A stretch of 64,000 nucleotides of DNA from Bacteroidota bacterium (GTDB lineage Bacteria > Bacteroidota > Bacteroidia > Flavobacteriales > Weeksellaceae): positions 126,443 through 190,442 of the forward strand of contig JAEXBS010000096.1 in assembly GCA_023393915.1 (NCBI GenBank), written 5' to 3'. Positions 50,685-60,088 of this stretch are shown piece by piece. Numbering within the stretch: position 1 is the first letter of the stretch; each line of letters opens with the position of its first letter. The translations under genes and the position numbers were made by a program. The notes under the pieces were generated by a model. That model had not been told where the DNA came from, searched no databases, and saw only the letters and a list, made by a program, of their open reading frames with translations.

Positions 50685-51146
50685 TTACTCGTCAGACACC
50701 TCTATTTGATCGTCTTTGAAGTGGCATTTTAATTTAAATGGGATGCTTTGGTCTCCTTCGGTATAGAAGTCATCGATTTGACCGGACCAAACCAGCTGAA
50801 TTTCTTTTTCTTCGTTTTCAGTAAAACTTAATTGGTTATCGTATAGAAATGCTTCGTCATCCGTGAAAATATCTGCTTCACTGTGTACTACTTCATCGGT
50901 ATCTTCGATTGAAAAGGTTTTCCCAATTAATTCAGGAGAGTCTAATGGAAAATCGAAAATTCTAAATGATAATTGAGGAAACGGATATTGAAGAGAATCG
51001 TCTTCTACATGATCCATATTATCATCCGTTATGATTTCAACTTCTAAATAGTGCTTCTCGTTAAGGTACACAGCCTTACAGTAGGAGTTTTTGATATGGT
51101 ATTTTAAAGTCTCTTCCGGATGATAAATTTTTAAAATCCCTTTCAT
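50685..51146 (-). CDS. Hypothetical acidic protein
   Basis: 153-aa ORF directly upstream of exbB on the same strand; no recognised motif. Confidence 0.7.
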   Translation of the reverse strand: MKGILKIYHPEETLKYHIKNSYCKAVYLNEKHYLEVEIITDDNMDHVEDDSLQYPFPQLSFRIFDFPLDSPELIGKTFSIEDTDEVVHSEADIFTDDEAFLYDNQLSFTENEEKEIQLVWSGQIDDFYTEGDQSIPFKLKCHFKDDQIEVSDE

Positions 51147-51334
51147 TGGTTTGTTTAAGTAGGATTGTTGAGGTTAAACTTATTAAATACTAAGAGACAA
51201 AGATAGAAAACTAAATGAAAGACTGCCTTTTTTTGGCCATAATTTATCGAGCTGTTAATGAAAATTAAGCTTTTGTTATGGTGTAGGAGTGCCGTGAAAT
51301 AATTATTACTTTAGCAATCTGAAAAGCCAATGGT

Positions 51335-53131
51335 ATGAATTTTAAGTGGATCTATAGTTTAGCGGTTTGTGTAGCGCTTTCTCTTATGGTTGGATGCAAG
51401 AAACAAGACTCGCCCGTATTGAAGAATACAGCTGTGGTCTTTGATTCTATTACAGACAAATACTATGAGCAGTACCTTAAAATGTTTCCATTAGAGGCCA
51501 CTCTCCAAGGTGACGACCGGTACAATAATGCGCTTCCCGTTGATATTGATAAAGAATTTATTAAGGGAGAGATTGATTTTTATAGAAGAATTCAAGAGGA
51601 TTTAGAAAAAGTGGATTATGAATCCCTTTCTGAAGAAGACAAGGTCGTATATAATGTTCTGGACACCCTTCTTAAGGATAAAGTGGAGCGCTACGCCTAT
51701 AACCCCGAGTATATACCATTCACTCAATTCTCGGGACTGCCTTTAGATTTTCCTATGCTTGGGAGTGGGCAGGGAGCTCAACCCTTCAAAACAGAAAAGG
51801 ACTATGAAAATTGGCTTCTTCGGATGCAGAAGTTCGAGGCATGGATGGATAAAGCAAAGGAGAATTTTGATCTAGGAATCAAGAACAATCATGTGCTTCC
51901 CAAAATTCTTGTTCAAAGAATGATTCCTCAACTTCGAGCAGAAGAAATCACAAGCAAAAATTTTGACAAGAATATTTTTTACGGCCCACTACGTAATTTC
52001 CCCAAGGGGTTTTCTGCAGAAACTAAGAAAAAGTTTACTGATTCTTACATAACAACGATTGAAACTAAGATTATTCCATCTTATTTAAAGATGGCGCAAT
52101 ATTTAGAAACCCAATACCTGCCAAAAGCGAGAGCCACGGATGGATACAATGCACTTCCAAAAGGAAATGAAATCTATAAGTATTATGTAAAAAGTTGGAC
52201 TACCACCAACAAGTCAGTGGATGAAATCCATCAGTTAGGAGTTAGTGAAGTAGCAAGAATTCGCTCAGAAATGGAAAAGGTAAAGAATACCTTGGGTTTC
52301 GAGGGAAGTTTGAATGAATTCTTACTTCATGTAAAAAACGATCCTAAGGCCATGCCTTACAAAACGGAGAAGGAGGTGATTAATGCTTTTAATTCCGTAT
52401 TAGATAAAATATCGCCGAAGTTAAAAACCATGTTTAAACAAACCCCTAAAACTCCTTTTGAGATTCGTCAGACGGAAAAGTATCGGGAAGCTTCGGCCTC
52501 AGCAGAGTACAGACAAGGAACACCGGACGGTTCTCGACCGGGTATCTTTTATATTCCGATTCCTGATCCTGCTCGATTTAATGTGAGCTCAGGTATGGAG
52601 TCCTTGTTTCTCCATGAAGCGATTCCTGGACATCATTATCAGATTTCTCTTCAACAAGAGAATGAAGCTTTACCTAAGTTTATGCGTTTTGGTTGGTTAG
52701 GAGCGTACGGTGAAGGCTGGGCTTTATACACAGAGTCTCTAGGTCCTGAATTAGGACTCTATAGTGATCCCTACCAAAAACTAGGAGCTCTGAGTGATGA
52801 AATGCTTCGTGCAGTGAGATTGGTTATAGATACGGGCCTTCATACAGGAAAAATGAATCGGCAGCAGGCCATTACTTATTTTTTAGAGAATGTTGCTTAC
52901 GATGAGCTCGGAGCTCAGGCTGAAGTGGAACGTTATATGGCCATGCCGGGACAAGCTTTAAGTTATAAAATTGGCGCATTGAAGATTAGAGAATTAAGAA
53001 CTAAATACGAAGAAGAACTTAAGGGAGAATTTGATTTAGCAACTTTTCATGATCAGGTACTAAACCAAGGGTGTCTTCCTCTAAGTATATTAGAAAGAAA
53101 ATTGGAGCGCTATTATGCTAAAGAGCAATAA
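51335..53131 (+). CDS. DUF885-family lipoprotein
   Basis: MVGC lipobox; LHEAIPGHHYQ, YGEGWALYTE, RAVRLVIDTGLH, EVERY, PGQALSYKIG. Confidence 0.9.
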   Translation: MNFKWIYSLAVCVALSLMVGCKKQDSPVLKNTAVVFDSITDKYYEQYLKMFPLEATLQGDDRYNNALPVDIDKEFIKGEIDFYRRIQEDLEKVDYESLSEEDKVVYNVLDTLLKDKVERYAYNPEYIPFTQFSGLPLDFPMLGSGQGAQPFKTEKDYENWLLRMQKFEAWMDKAKENFDLGIKNNHVLPKILVQRMIPQLRAEEITSKNFDKNIFYGPLRNFPKGFSAETKKKFTDSYITTIETKIIPSYLKMAQYLETQYLPKARATDGYNALPKGNEIYKYYVKSWTTTNKSVDEIHQLGVSEVARIRSEMEKVKNTLGFEGSLNEFLLHVKNDPKAMPYKTEKEVINAFNSVLDKISPKLKTMFKQTPKTPFEIRQTEKYREASASAEYRQGTPDGSRPGIFYIPIPDPARFNVSSGMESLFLHEAIPGHHYQISLQQENEALPKFMRFGWLGAYGEGWALYTESLGPELGLYSDPYQKLGALSDEMLRAVRLVIDTGLHTGKMNRQQAITYFLENVAYDELGAQAEVERYMAMPGQALSYKIGALKIRELRTKYEEELKGEFDLATFHDQVLNQGCLPLSILERKLERYYAKEQ

Positions 53132-53301
53132 CTAATTTATTATAAAGTGGGCTGATTCACAAATGGTCAAGTCTTTCCTTATGAATTTCATTTAAGTTTA
53201 ACAGTCTTTGTGTGAGAGTTTTATAAAAACAAAACAATTTTATAAAACATAGATAAATAAAGTGTACTTTTGGCAGTGGAAAGCGATTTCTAGAAATAAC
53301 T

Positions 53302-53667
53302 ATGAGCATTATAATTGTCGATGACAACGTAGAGATTTGTACTCTTGTTGAAGAAATACTTCTTTCAGATGGGCATAAGGTAAGAACTTGTACCAATCCA
53401 ATGATTGTTTTTGAGATGATAAAGCAATCCAAACCCAAACTCATTGTGACCGATATGCTAATGTCGGGAATAGACGGACGGGACATTGTAAAACAATTAA
53501 AATCGGATCAATCCACTCGGACCATCCAAGTACTAATGATGTCCGCACATCCTAAATCTCAAGAGCAAAGTGAGCTTGCGGGTGCAGATGCTCACATTGC
53601 TAAACCTTTTGATGTTAATGAGTTTTCAAATCTGGTTCAGAAGATGCTGGATCAACATCAGGATTAA
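53302..53667 (+). CDS. Single-domain response regulator
   Basis: IIVDD, IVTDMLM, MSA, AKPF; TACTTTTG promoter element at 53265-53272. Confidence 0.87.
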   Translation: MSIIIVDDNVEICTLVEEILLSDGHKVRTCTNPMIVFEMIKQSKPKLIVTDMLMSGIDGRDIVKQLKSDQSTRTIQVLMMSAHPKSQEQSELAGADAHIAKPFDVNEFSNLVQKMLDQHQD

Positions 53668-54277
53668 ACATCATTTGGGTTAGAAAGTCCTTATCTTTTT
53701 TCCCCCTAGCGGGTGAATATTCTCTTCCGTAATAAATGATTTGTAAGTGTAGTTTATTCCATGTTTTTTTTGGAAATAGATTTTTTGCATCCTTTTCAGT
53801 TTCAACAACATTTTTGCCTGAGGAAAGTTTCCATTGCTTCATTAATCGGTGAATATGAGTGTCTACAGGAAAAGCTGGATGTCCAAATGCTTGACTCATT
53901 ACAACGGATGCCGTCTTGTGACCTACACCTGCTAAATCCTCAAGGTCAGCAAACGATTCAGGAACTTGTCCATCATGTTTTGTTACTAGCTGTTCCGCCA
54001 TTTTCTTTAGGTTCCTTGCTTTGGTATTAGAAAGACCAATCTCCTTAATAAGCTCTTGGATTTCCCATTCTTCTAATCGCATCATTTTCTGAGGTGTATC
54101 GGCCACTTGAAATAAAGAAGGAGTAACTTCATTGACTTTTTTATCCGTCGTTTGAGCCGAAAGGGCTACGGCAACCAGAAGTGTGTAAGGATCCGTATGG
54201 TCTAGTGCTATAGGAGGATTAGGGTAAAGCTTCTCTAATTCTTCAATCACTAACTGAGCTCTTTGCTTTTTTGTCAT
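53615..54277 (-). CDS. nth: Endonuclease III-family DNA glycosylase
   Basis: LLVAVALSAQTTD, HhH LAGVGHKTA, FPVDTHIHR; no 4Fe-4S Cys cluster; start moved to ATG 54277. Confidence 0.9.
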   Translation of the reverse strand: MTKKQRAQLVIEELEKLYPNPPIALDHTDPYTLLVAVALSAQTTDKKVNEVTPSLFQVADTPQKMMRLEEWEIQELIKEIGLSNTKARNLKKMAEQLVTKHDGQVPESFADLEDLAGVGHKTASVVMSQAFGHPAFPVDTHIHRLMKQWKLSSGKNVVETEKDAKNLFPKKTWNKLHLQIIYYGREYSPARGKKDKDFLTQMMFNPDVDPASSEPDLKTH

Positions 54278-54285
54278 ATTCGAGG

Positions 54286-54303
54286 TAAATTTGAACAAAT
54301 TTA
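54286..54303. promoter_or_regulatory. Palindromic bidirectional promoter for nth and bcp
   Basis: TAAATTTG-aa-CAAATTTA gives a TAnnTTTG -7 element on each strand. Confidence 0.65.
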
Positions 54304-54309
54304 AGTATT

Positions 54310-54762
54310 ATGTTAGAAGTAGGTTCGGTATTGCCTGATTTTACAACGGTTAACCAAGAGGGAGTAAGCGTTTCATCTAAAAATTTTATAGGTAAAAAAT
54401 TAATTATTTTTTTCTATCCTAAAGCAAGTACACCTACTTGTACTGTGGAAGTATGTAATTTAAGGGATTACTTTCAAGACCTAGTTAAGGAAGGGTTTGA
54501 GTTGGTAGGTGTATCAGCAGACTCAGAAAAGAGGCAGAAAAACTTTCACACTAAAAATAATTTGCCCTTTGATCTATTAGCCGATGAATCGGCGAGCATT
54601 GCAAAGTTGTTTGGTGTGTGGAAGGAAAAGAAAAATTTTGGGAAAACTTATATGGGTATCGTGCGAACGACTTTTGTTTTTGATGAGAAAGGAACTCTTG
54701 TCAGAAGAATTGATAAGGTTCAAAGTAAAGCGGCTGCACAGCAAATATTAGAGGTTAATTAG
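54310..54762 (+). CDS. bcp: Peroxiredoxin Bcp/PrxQ
   Basis: FYPKASTPTCTVEVC, GVSAD, RTTFVFD. Confidence 0.92.
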   Translation: MLEVGSVLPDFTTVNQEGVSVSSKNFIGKKLIIFFYPKASTPTCTVEVCNLRDYFQDLVKEGFELVGVSADSEKRQKNFHTKNNLPFDLLADESASIAKLFGVWKEKKNFGKTYMGIVRTTFVFDEKGTLVRRIDKVQSKAAAQQILEVN

Positions 54763-55253
54763 TTTTCGTAGTATCGAAGGTCTTCGGGGTCGTTGGTTAA
54801 GCGAATGTATTTTCTGAAAGAAAGTCCAAGGCGCTCAATTAAAGCCTGAGATCGGTAGTTGGTATCTGTTGTAATGGCTGAAAATTTTGAAATGCCAAAG
54901 TTTCTGCTAGCAAAATCCATCACGGCCTTCGAGGCTTCATAAGCCATTGCTTTCCCTTCAAACGGCGGCAAGAGCGCGAACCCAATGTCATTGATTTCTA
55001 GTACCTCGCGGTCGTAAAGGCCACAGGTCCCTATTTTTTCACCGGTAGCTTTCTCAATTATAGTATAATTGCCGTATTCAAGTCTCTCGAACTGGGGAAG
55101 TATACGCAGTTGTATGTATTCTTGGGCTTCTTCTAATGTTCGAACACTTCGATCTCCAATATGTTCAATGAATTGTGGTGTATTGAGGAGTTCAAGCATA
55201 AAATTTGCGTCGCTAAGATCAGTAGGGCGCAATCGTAATCTTTCTGTTTCCAT
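54759..55253 (-). CDS. GNAT acetyltransferase (RimJ/RimL-like)
   Basis: ETERLRLRP, IGTCGL, DIGFALLP, AYEAS, NYRSQALIERLG. Confidence 0.88.
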   Translation of the reverse strand: METERLRLRPTDLSDANFMLELLNTPQFIEHIGDRSVRTLEEAQEYIQLRILPQFERLEYGNYTIIEKATGEKIGTCGLYDREVLEINDIGFALLPPFEGKAMAYEASKAVMDFASRNFGISKFSAITTDTNYRSQALIERLGLSFRKYIRLTNDPEDLRYYEN

Positions 55254-55284
55254 AAAAAAAAATACTGCCCCGAAAGGCAGTATT
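55254..55284 (-). terminator. Intrinsic terminator after the S46 peptidase
   Basis: Minus strand AATACTGCC-tttcgg-GGCAGTATT followed by T7. Confidence 0.8.
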
Positions 55285-55300
55285 CATTATTTAGGTTTGT

Positions 55301-57436
55301 TTATTTAACAATGGTCATCTCCTCAATTAGATGTCCTGCACCTGAGAATTTATCAATTACCCAAAGTACATAACGAGCATCCACATTGATGGTTTTTTGC
55401 CACTCTTCTTCAAATACTATATCGCCTGAAAGCGCCTCAGAGTTACCGTCAAATGCAAGTCCAATTAATTCTCCGTTTCCATTAAGTACAGGAGAACCAG
55501 AGTTTCCACCAGTAATATCATGATCGGTTAAGAAGTTAACAGGTAAATAGCCTGCTGGATCTGCGTATTGACCGTAGTCTTTTTTAGCATTAAGTTCCAT
55601 TAATCTTTTAGGAAGATCAAATTCTTCATCTCCTTCTTTGAATTTCTTCACCGTACCATCTAGATCGGTATAGAAGTTATTGGTAATTCCATTGTAGTCT
55701 CTATCGTCACGGAACGGCAGAGTAGCGATTTTACCAAAAGTAATTCTCATTGTAGAGTTCGCGTCTGGATAGAATTGCTTTTCTGGATGTGATTTTCTTA
55801 GTCCATCGAAGAAAAGACGGTTGTTGTCAGCGAACTGATCATCTAGTTCGGTGTACTTTCCTCTCATTTCTTCAGCACTTTGAGTATATCCTGTTGCCAT
55901 TCTATAGATTGGGTCGGCTTCAAGACGTGGTCCGTACGCGTAAGTCAAGAAATGCAACGCAGATTCCTTCGAAGCAAAGATGGAATTTTTCGCTAATTCA
56001 CTAAGAAGGTCTGTATTTACATTTCTGAAATACGGAGAAGCTGCAGAAGCAGGTACCTTTTTACGATACAGGCTAACCATTTCTTTAAGCATTGCTTGTT
56101 CTAGTTCTGGGTTGAACTTTTCGTACATTGCTTCAATTCTCTCACGAGTCGTTTTCTGAAGTTCAGCCTTTTTTGCTTTATCTGTTTCCGCAATTATCGC
56201 CTTGTACATTGGCGCTAGCATCATTGCATAGCGTAAATACTTTGCATTTCTGGTCATTTGAGCAGCATAATTCCTCTCAATTCCACGTGCTGCGGTTGCG
56301 TCATAATAAGCTTTCATTTCGCTAAGTACGTTCCCGTAAAGTGCTTTGTTAGCTTCTTGATTAGCCCAAGCTTGGAAAACTTCTTCTACCTTTTTCTTGT
56401 CCTCAATAGTACCGTTCTTTTTAACCGATTCAATAGTTCCTTGACGGTTTTTCCAGTAGTTAGCTACACCGGCGTATTGAGAAGCGTAATTAAGCTTTGT
56501 TTCTTGGTCTTTATCCATGAAACCTTTCATGACGTCCATCGCTACTTTAGAAGCATCTACCCAAGCTGGATAGTCTTTATTGATTAATTGATCGATCCCG
56601 TAGGAAGTCATGTAACGGTTGGTGCGTCCAGGGTATCCTACAATCATGGAGAAATCGCCTGGTTTGAATGATTTCAAAGAAACCGGAAGGTGATGCTTAG
56701 GCTTTAGTGGAACGTTCTTCGCAGAGTAATCTGCCGGATTGTTTGAAGCATCTGCATACACGCGGAATACTGAGAAATCTCCCGTATGTCTAGGCCACTC
56801 CCAGTTGTCCGTATCACCTCCAAATTTACCAATAGAGTTCGGTGGAGTTCCCACTAAACGAACATCGTTATAATCTTGGTAAACAAAGTAATAGAATTCA
56901 TTTCCATTGTAAAAATCCTTAACAGAAACTACATATTTACCGTTTTCAGAATTTTCTTGCTCGATCGCTTTGTATTCTTGACGGATAACTTCTCTTCTCT
57001 CTTGTTGAGACATGGAGTTGTTTAATTTGGAATTGATTCTTTCCGTAACGTCATCCATTCTTACAAGGAAGCGAACCGAAAGTCCTTTTGCAGGAAGCTC
57101 TTCACTTCTCTTCATTGCCCAGAATCCATTGGTTAAGTAATCATGTTCTGGTGTAGAAAGTGCTGCAATTTGACCGTAACCACAGTGATGGTTGGTGAAC
57201 AAAAGCCCTTCTTTGGAGACCATTTCCGCAGTACAACCTCCACCAAACTGAACGATGGCATCTTTAAGGCTAGAATTGTTAACAGAATAAATCTCTTCAG
57301 CTGTAAGGTTTAAACCTTTCTTTTGTAAGTCTTGACCGTTTAAACGCTTTACAAGCATCATTAGCCACATTCCTTCGTCCGCTCGCATTTGAACAAAACT
57401 TAATAGAAACGTGCACAGTAAAAATAATCTTTTCAT
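55301..57436 (-). CDS. S46-family dipeptidyl peptidase (DPP7-like)
   Basis: ADEGMW, GGGCTA, TNHHCG, NWEWPRHTGDF, PDANSTMR, TGGNSGSPV. Confidence 0.93.
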   Translation of the reverse strand: MKRLFLLCTFLLSFVQMRADEGMWLMMLVKRLNGQDLQKKGLNLTAEEIYSVNNSSLKDAIVQFGGGCTAEMVSKEGLLFTNHHCGYGQIAALSTPEHDYLTNGFWAMKRSEELPAKGLSVRFLVRMDDVTERINSKLNNSMSQQERREVIRQEYKAIEQENSENGKYVVSVKDFYNGNEFYYFVYQDYNDVRLVGTPPNSIGKFGGDTDNWEWPRHTGDFSVFRVYADASNNPADYSAKNVPLKPKHHLPVSLKSFKPGDFSMIVGYPGRTNRYMTSYGIDQLINKDYPAWVDASKVAMDVMKGFMDKDQETKLNYASQYAGVANYWKNRQGTIESVKKNGTIEDKKKVEEVFQAWANQEANKALYGNVLSEMKAYYDATAARGIERNYAAQMTRNAKYLRYAMMLAPMYKAIIAETDKAKKAELQKTTRERIEAMYEKFNPELEQAMLKEMVSLYRKKVPASAASPYFRNVNTDLLSELAKNSIFASKESALHFLTYAYGPRLEADPIYRMATGYTQSAEEMRGKYTELDDQFADNNRLFFDGLRKSHPEKQFYPDANSTMRITFGKIATLPFRDDRDYNGITNNFYTDLDGTVKKFKEGDEEFDLPKRLMELNAKKDYGQYADPAGYLPVNFLTDHDITGGNSGSPVLNGNGELIGLAFDGNSEALSGDIVFEEEWQKTINVDARYVLWVIDKFSGAGHLIEEMTIVK

Positions 57437-57719
57437 TTCCTGATATTAAATTAATTGGACGCAATTTACTTAATTTTTAGTGGAAAAATCAAGGCTTAGT
57501 GCAATTAAATAACGATTTTTATACCACTTATGCATTGGTGATGAATTAAGCTATTAAAGTCTAAGAGAAATAAAACTTTATTACGTACAGAGGGGAGATG
57601 CCCCTTTTGGTAGAGGATTAAGTAATTGTATACACAATGGAATGTTAACAAACTAAGCCTAATGGTCTAATTAAAAAGAATTAAACCGTATTTTTGACTC
57701 AAGAAATTTTTCCAGATAC

Positions 57720-58955
57720 ATGATAGAAAAGAAAGACCTTAGCTTTGAAAAAGCTGTTTTGGTAGGACTAGTGACTAAAGACCAAGATGAAGAAAAATTA
57801 AACGAGTACTTAGAAGAATTGGAGTTTCTAGCCTATACCGCAGGAGCTGAAGTAGAAAAGCACTTTACTCAGAAATTGTCTAAACCCGACCCTAAGACTT
57901 TTGTTGGTAGTGGAAAAGCTGATGAAATTAAAGAGTATATAAAAGAGAATGAAATAGGAACCGTCATTTTCGATGACGAACTAACTCCTTCTCAACTTAA
58001 AAATTTAGAAAGGGAATTGGAAGTCAAAATTCTTGACCGAACCAACCTGATATTAGACATTTTCGCGCAAAGAGCGCAAACTTCCTATGCTCGGACCCAA
58101 GTAGAATTAGCACAATATGAATATTTGCTTCCTCGGTTAACTAGAATGTGGACCCACCTTGAGCGACAAAGAGGGGGGATTGGAATGAGAGGTCCGGGGG
58201 AAACCGAGATTGAAACCGACCGAAGAATTATTCGCGATAGGATCTCACTTCTTAAGGAAAAGATAAAGACCATCGATAAGCAAATGCACACTCAGAGACA
58301 GAATCGTGGAAAGACCGTTCGAGTTGCTTTAGTTGGTTATACCAACGTCGGTAAATCTACTCTTATGAATGCCCTGTCAAAATCGGAAGTCTTCGCAGAA
58401 AATAAACTGTTTGCAACACTCGATACTACGGTTCGTAAAGTGGTTATTGGTAATTTGCCTTTTTTATTGACCGATACGGTAGGTTTTATACGTAAACTTC
58501 CAACGCAATTGGTTGAAAGTTTCAAGTCCACCTTAGATGAGGTTAGAGAAGCAGACCTTCTTGTGCATGTGGTAGATATTTCACATGAAAGTTTCGAGGA
58601 TCATATTGATTCGGTCAATAAAATACTAATGGAAATAGGAGCGCATCAAAAGCCCACTATTATGGTTTTTAACAAGATTGATGCCTTCGCGTATGAAAAA
58701 AAGGAAGAAGATGACTTGACACCTGGCACAAGGAAAAATATTTCTCTGGAAGAATGGAAAAGGACATGGATGGGGAAATCAAAAATTCCAACAGTGTTTA
58801 TCTCAGCAATTACTAAAGAAAATTTTCCGGAGATGAAAAAGTTAATCTATGATGAAGTCTATCGACTGCATATTGCTCGTTTTCCTTATAATGATTTCCT
58901 TTTTGAATATTACGACGAAGAAGAGGATAAAGATAATAAAGATAATGAGGTGTGA
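57720..58955 (+). CDS. hflX: Ribosome-splitting GTPase HflX
   Basis: RGPGETEIETDRR, GYTNVGKS, LFATLDTT, DTVGFI, NKID. Confidence 0.96.
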   Translation: MIEKKDLSFEKAVLVGLVTKDQDEEKLNEYLEELEFLAYTAGAEVEKHFTQKLSKPDPKTFVGSGKADEIKEYIKENEIGTVIFDDELTPSQLKNLERELEVKILDRTNLILDIFAQRAQTSYARTQVELAQYEYLLPRLTRMWTHLERQRGGIGMRGPGETEIETDRRIIRDRISLLKEKIKTIDKQMHTQRQNRGKTVRVALVGYTNVGKSTLMNALSKSEVFAENKLFATLDTTVRKVVIGNLPFLLTDTVGFIRKLPTQLVESFKSTLDEVREADLLVHVVDISHESFEDHIDSVNKILMEIGAHQKPTIMVFNKIDAFAYEKKEEDDLTPGTRKNISLEEWKRTWMGKSKIPTVFISAITKENFPEMKKLIYDEVYRLHIARFPYNDFLFEYYDEEEDKDNKDNEV

Positions 58956-59683
58956 TAAGGGATACAGCTCTTACCAAGGAAATTAAACTTGCTTTACAGG
59001 ACCTTTCTTTAGAAGAAAAGCGTCTGTTTTATCCTAAGTATTTTAAAACAGGTAAAGGTGAGTATTCTGAAGGCGACGAGTTTATTGGTGTAAGTGTTCC
59101 TGACCAAAGAAGGGTGGCTCAATATTATTCAAACCTAATCCTGCTCGGTGAGGTTTCCCTACTCTTACAATCCAAGGTACATGAACACCGGTTGTGCGCA
59201 CTGTTTATACTAGTTCGGAAATTTGAGAAAACTAAGGATCAAAGCCAGAGGGAAGAGATTGTAAACTTTTATCTAAAGCATCTGCCTAATGTGAACAATT
59301 GGGATCTAGTCGACAGTTCTTGTTATAAAATATTGGGTGCATATTGTTACCATGAAAAAAGACAAGATTTGTTGCTAGATTTAGCGCAGCAGAATAATAT
59401 GTGGTCGCACCGAATTGCGGTAGTGTCAACTCTGTATTTCATCAAGCAAGGGTCTTTGGATTTAACTTTGGAATTGGTGAGAACTCATTTGAATCACAAA
59501 CACGACCTTATGCAAAAGGCAAATGGTTGGATGTTAAGAGAAATAGGAAAAAAGGATCAGGAGGTTTTGCTACAGTTTTTATCTCAGCATTACAGAAACA
59601 TGCCGCGAACCACTCTTCGGTATGCAATCGAAAGGTTTGAAGAACAAATTCGCCAGTCATTTCTTAAAGGAACGGCAAAATGA
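58952..59683 (+). CDS. DNA alkylation repair protein (AlkD-like HEAT-repeat glycosylase)
   Basis: GVSVPDQR, HEHR, NNWDLVD, KANGWMLRE, TLRYAIE; GTG start overlapping the hflX stop. Confidence 0.88.
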   Translation: MIRDTALTKEIKLALQDLSLEEKRLFYPKYFKTGKGEYSEGDEFIGVSVPDQRRVAQYYSNLILLGEVSLLLQSKVHEHRLCALFILVRKFEKTKDQSQREEIVNFYLKHLPNVNNWDLVDSSCYKILGAYCYHEKRQDLLLDLAQQNNMWSHRIAVVSTLYFIKQGSLDLTLELVRTHLNHKHDLMQKANGWMLREIGKKDQEVLLQFLSQHYRNMPRTTLRYAIERFEEQIRQSFLKGTAK

Positions 59684-60018
59684 ATATCGATTTTGATTTA
59701 AGAACGGCAGTCCATTATTTTCTCCATTTCGTGTTTCCGGTTTTCATTGCGCTTGCTTTTTATGGAAAACAATGGAAAAAAGCATATTTGATTCTTCTCT
59801 CTACTATGCTAGTGGACTTAGATCACCTTTTTGCAACACCTATTTTTGATTCCAATCGAAGCAGTGTAGGATTTCATTTTCTACATTCCTATCTTGCCAT
59901 TGCAATTTATGTTGTTGGAGTTATTTTTAGCAAAAAGTGGCTGCGTCTTTTCTTTATCGGTCTACTACTTCATATGATTACCGATTTTCAAGATTATCAC
60001 GCCTGGATCGCTAAATAA
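59680..60018 (+). CDS. DUF6122-like small membrane protein
   Basis: HYFLHF, MLVDLDHL, PIFD.NRSSVGFHFLHSY, GLLLHMITD. Confidence 0.8.
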   Translation: MNIDFDLRTAVHYFLHFVFPVFIALAFYGKQWKKAYLILLSTMLVDLDHLFATPIFDSNRSSVGFHFLHSYLAIAIYVVGVIFSKKWLRLFFIGLLLHMITDFQDYHAWIAK

Positions 60019-60088
60019 ATTTTTCATTAATTTTTTTAATGACTTTCTAGTTTTTGATAGATAATTTGTATTTTGCGAAAAATTCTAA

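Noticed and set aside
53157..53486. 109-aa minus-strand ORF
   Set aside because: Antisense to the response regulator, no motif
57590..57606. GAGGGG-agatg-CCCCTT hairpin between the S46 peptidase and hflX
   Set aside because: Short stem, no recognisable riboswitch or sRNA features
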